Shown: positions 61,528 through 64,000 of the stretch, piece after piece | Layout: every line of letters starts with the position of its first letter | How positions within the stretch are numbered: the stretch's first letter is position 1 | From: Bacteroidota bacterium | GTDB taxonomy: Bacteria > Bacteroidota > Rhodothermia > Rhodothermales > Bin80 | Direction: 5' to 3' | Length of the DNA stretch: 64,000 bases | NCBI GenBank assembly: GCA_028875125.1 | Contig: JAPPGC010000104.1 | Coordinates: forward strand, 24,746 to 88,745 | Translations under genes and position numbers: made by a program | The notes under the pieces: generated by a model | Seen by the model: only the letters and a program-made list of their open reading frames with translations | Databases searched by the model: none | What the model was told of the DNA's origin: nothing

Positions 61528-64000
61528 ATGGGGTACAATCCAGAGTTATCAACTGAGTGGACTTCTTCGCCGTATCCTAATTTGTGGCAGTCAATGGAGC
61601 GTCCAGTACAAGTAACACCGTACCAAGCGTCTAATTCCATTCGGATTGTTACGGCAGCGAGTCTATTTGACGGGCACGATGCCGCCATCAACATCATCCG
61701 GCGCGTACTGCAGGCTTCTGGAGCGGAGGTAATTCATCTTGGGCATAATCGGTCTGTGCAAGAAGTTTTGGAGACAGCTTTGCAGGAGGATGTGCAGGGG
61801 ATTGCAGTGTCTTCATATCAGGGTGGCCATCTGGAATACTTCGGCTATCTGCTTTCATTACTCGATGCGCGTGGAGCGGCGCACATAAAAGTCTTCGGGG
61901 GTGGAGGTGGTGTAATTGCCCCGGACGAGGTCAGGCAGTTGCATGCAATGGGCGTGACTCGCGTTTTCACATCCCGGGATGGGATGCGGCTTGGGCTTCA
62001 GGAGATGATCAATATTATGCTCAAGGCCTGCGATTTTCCAGTCACGTCCGAACCGGTGGGTAAACTTCCATTTGATAAGTTGGCCCGCCAGCTTACCCAA
62101 GTAGAATTGCAGTCTTCTAATGAAATAGAATGCCCAGACCGCGCAGTGGTTGTCGGGATTACGGGAACAGGCGGTGCCGGGAAGTCCACGCTCGCCGATG
62201 AGCTTGTTCTTCGTCTGCTTGAAGACATAACTGATGTAAGCGTGGCGATTTTGTCCGTGGATCCGACACAGCGGCGATCTGGGGGTGCACTGCTGGGCGA
62301 TAGGATTCGGATGAATGCCCTCTATGGTCCAAAGGCCAAGGGGCGAGCTTTCTTGCGCAGCCTGGCCACACGTCGGGCGCATCGCTCTACCAGCGAGGCA
62401 CTGTTGGGAAGCATAAAGGCCTGCTCCAAAGCTGAATTCGACTTAGTGATAGTAGAAACGGCTGGCGTTGGGCAAAGTGACACCGAAATTGCCGATTTGG
62501 CGGACATAACGCTTTATGTTATGACCTCCGACTACGGTGCGGCGACACAGCTGGAAAAAATTGGTATGCTGGATGTGGCCGACTTCATCGTGCTCAACAA
62601 GTATGATCACAGAGGTAGTCTGGATGCCCTGCGTGATGTCCGCAAACAAGTGCAGCGCAATCGGATGGCATTTGACCAGACTCCAGACACCATGCCGGTT
62701 TATCCCACCACGGCCTCTCGTTTTCATGATCCGGGTGTGACGGCTTTGTATATGGATTTGGTTGCCATGCTGCGTGAGAAATGCAATTTTCGATACAGTA
62801 CGTCTATGGATGGGCATCCGGTATCTCCCAATAGCGAAACAATTATACCCGCCCGGCGCCAACGCTATTTGGGTGAGATCTGTGACTCGATCCGGGAGTA
62901 CCATGATTGGGTGCGCACCCAAGTCACTTGTGCCCGCAAGTGGGGGCAGGTGAGAGGGACGAATGATCAGGTGGAGGCTTGGAATCCCACTGATGCCAAA
63001 GAATTACGCACGCGCCTTAGCACGATGGAGGCCCATTGGTGGGAGCGTTTGGACAGTCGGTGCAGGAATATCCTTACTAATTGGGATGCATGGGCCGAAA
63101 AGTATCGGAAGGAAACGTGTACCTACACGGTGCGTGATCGCGATATCAACGTTCCGCTATTTTTCCGGTCTTTGGCCGATACCAAGATTCCGCGTATAGC
63201 TTTGCCCGCAGTGGCCGACCAGGGTGAGCGGCTGAATTATGCCCTGAAAGAGAATCTGCCTGGTTATTTCCCGTTTACGGCTGGCGTATATCCTTTCAAA
63301 CGAAGGAATGAAGCGCCGACTCGGATGTTCGCGGGAGAGGGATGCCCAGAACGGACCAATCGCAGGTTCCACGTAGTGAGCCAAGGCATGTCCGCCCACC
63401 GGCTTTCTACGGCTTTTGACTCCGTGACACTTTACGGATTTGATCCTCATAAGCGGCCGGATATTTATGGTAAAGTGGGAAATGCGGGAGTGTCTGTGGC
63501 GACGCTGGATGACATGAAGAAGCTCTACAGCGGATTTCATCTTTGCGATCCGGAGACCAGTGTATCTATGACCATTAATGGACCGGCGCCTGTGGTCTTG
63601 GCCCTGTTTTTCAATACTGCAATTGATCAGGCGACCGAGTTATTTCTTCGCGATTCGGGGCGCTGGGAGAGGGCCCAGAGGGTTTTTAACAGCCAACTGG
63701 ATTCGAACCGTCCTCAATACGTCCCCTTTGGGCCGGAGGGATGTGAGACGGATTTTCCAATGGGGCATGATGGTAATGGTCTCGGCCTTTTGGGAACCTC
63801 CTCTAAGGAGCTCGTCGAGTGGGGTGTGTTGGAGGACAAGGAGTTTGAGCGTATCTGTCGCAAGGCAATACAGACTGTTCGGGGCACCGTGCAAGCGGAT
63901 ATCTTCAAGGAAGACCAGGCCCAGAATACGTGCATTTTCTCTACGGAGCTAGCACTGCGCATGATGGGCGATATCCAGGAGTTTTTTACGCAGGAACAGG
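61528..64000 (+). CDS. icmF: Fused isobutyryl-CoA mutase (B12-binding domain + MeaB-like G-protein + mutase domain), 5' ~824 codons; continues past the right edge
   Basis: Absent from the ORF track because there is no stop in the window. My translation from ATG 61528 gives ...IRIVTAASLFDGHDAAINIIRRVLQASGAEVIHLGHNRSV...GIAVSSYQGGH...KVFGGGGGVI (B12 domain). Next comes VVVGITGTGGAGKSTL...VETAGVGQSD...VLNKYD (MeaB GTPase). Then PGYFPFTAGVYPFKR...RMFAGEG.PERTNRRFH...RLSTAFDSVTLYG...VSMTINGPAP (mutase). An upstream in-frame TGA lies at 61495. Confidence 0.9.
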   Translation, partial: MGYNPELSTEWTSSPYPNLWQSMERPVQVTPYQASNSIRIVTAASLFDGHDAAINIIRRVLQASGAEVIHLGHNRSVQEVLETALQEDVQGIAVSSYQGGHLEYFGYLLSLLDARGAAHIKVFGGGGGVIAPDEVRQLHAMGVTRVFTSRDGMRLGLQEMINIMLKACDFPVTSEPVGKLPFDKLARQLTQVELQSSNEIECPDRAVVVGITGTGGAGKSTLADELVLRLLEDITDVSVAILSVDPTQRRSGGALLGDRIRMNALYGPKAKGRAFLRSLATRRAHRSTSEALLGSIKACSKAEFDLVIVETAGVGQSDTEIADLADITLYVMTSDYGAATQLEKIGMLDVADFIVLNKYDHRGSLDALRDVRKQVQRNRMAFDQTPDTMPVYPTTASRFHDPGVTALYMDLVAMLREKCNFRYSTSMDGHPVSPNSETIIPARRQRYLGEICDSIREYHDWVRTQVTCARKWGQVRGTNDQVEAWNPTDAKELRTRLSTMEAHWWERLDSRCRNILTNWDAWAEKYRKETCTYTVRDRDINVPLFFRSLADTKIPRIALPAVADQGERLNYALKENLPGYFPFTAGVYPFKRRNEAPTRMFAGEGCPERTNRRFHVVSQGMSAHRLSTAFDSVTLYGFDPHKRPDIYGKVGNAGVSVATLDDMKKLYSGFHLCDPETSVSMTINGPAPVVLALFFNTAIDQATELFLRDSGRWERAQRVFNSQLDSNRPQYVPFGPEGCETDFPMGHDGNGLGLLGTSSKELVEWGVLEDKEFERICRKAIQTVRGTVQADIFKEDQAQNTCIFSTELALRMMGDIQEFFTQEQ

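Noticed and set aside
1-64000. CRISPR arrays, rRNA genes, integrases/recombinases, reverse transcriptases and prophage structural genes
   Set aside because: Reading through the intergenic regions and the ORF translations, I saw no regularly spaced repeats and no matching protein motifs.

Overview
The window looks like chromosomal DNA from a Bacteroidota-type lineage, possibly Rhodothermota or Balneolota. The support is three proteins ending in T9SS (Por) C-terminal sorting domains, a short 279-aa primary sigma factor of the Bacteroidota SigA type, and a Bacteroidota-type RNAP omega. Most of it is core housekeeping: ahcY (partial), metK, acpP-fabF, a Fur-family regulator, uppP, der, nuoI, holA, tRNA-Val(CAC), rpoD, rpoZ, uvrA, recG and a fused B12-dependent mutase icmF (partial). 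These are interspersed with secreted or envelope enzymes: an M36-like protease, two choice-of-anchor-B paralogues, a PQQ sugar dehydrogenase, a sulfatase+FGE pair, a lipase, a glycosidase, a TonB-dependent receptor (TBDR) and a TolC/MacA/ABC efflux set. ahcY and icmF run off the window edges, so they are missing from the ORF track. Two accessory patches stand out. (1) At 34.0-40.7 kb, about 6 kb follows uvrA and carries a GmrSD-type (DUF262/DUF1524) type IV restriction gene, a decayed ISAzo13-like transposase fragment and a TBDR. This segment is followed by diverged 'ghost' copies of the lhgO-start/aminotransferase-end junction and of the uvrA 3' end, joined at a 4-nt microhomology, which looks like the scar of a duplication or recombination-mediated insertion. 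(2) At 15.5-18.9 kb, between ecsC-like and der, sit an AT-rich orphan lipoprotein gene, an RND-pump remnant, a frameshifted Doc toxin with an upstream small ORF, a (CTAA)5 microsatellite and a frameshifted PD-(D/E)xK nuclease-like gene bracketed by ~44-bp imperfect direct repeats. An S9 peptidase is broken by two frameshifts. All four frameshifts I see can be explained as 1-nt losses in short homopolymers, so sequencing error must be excluded. I found no CRISPR array, rRNA, integrase or clearly novel multi-gene system. The most unusual structure is the uvrA/lhgO ghost-duplication scar.
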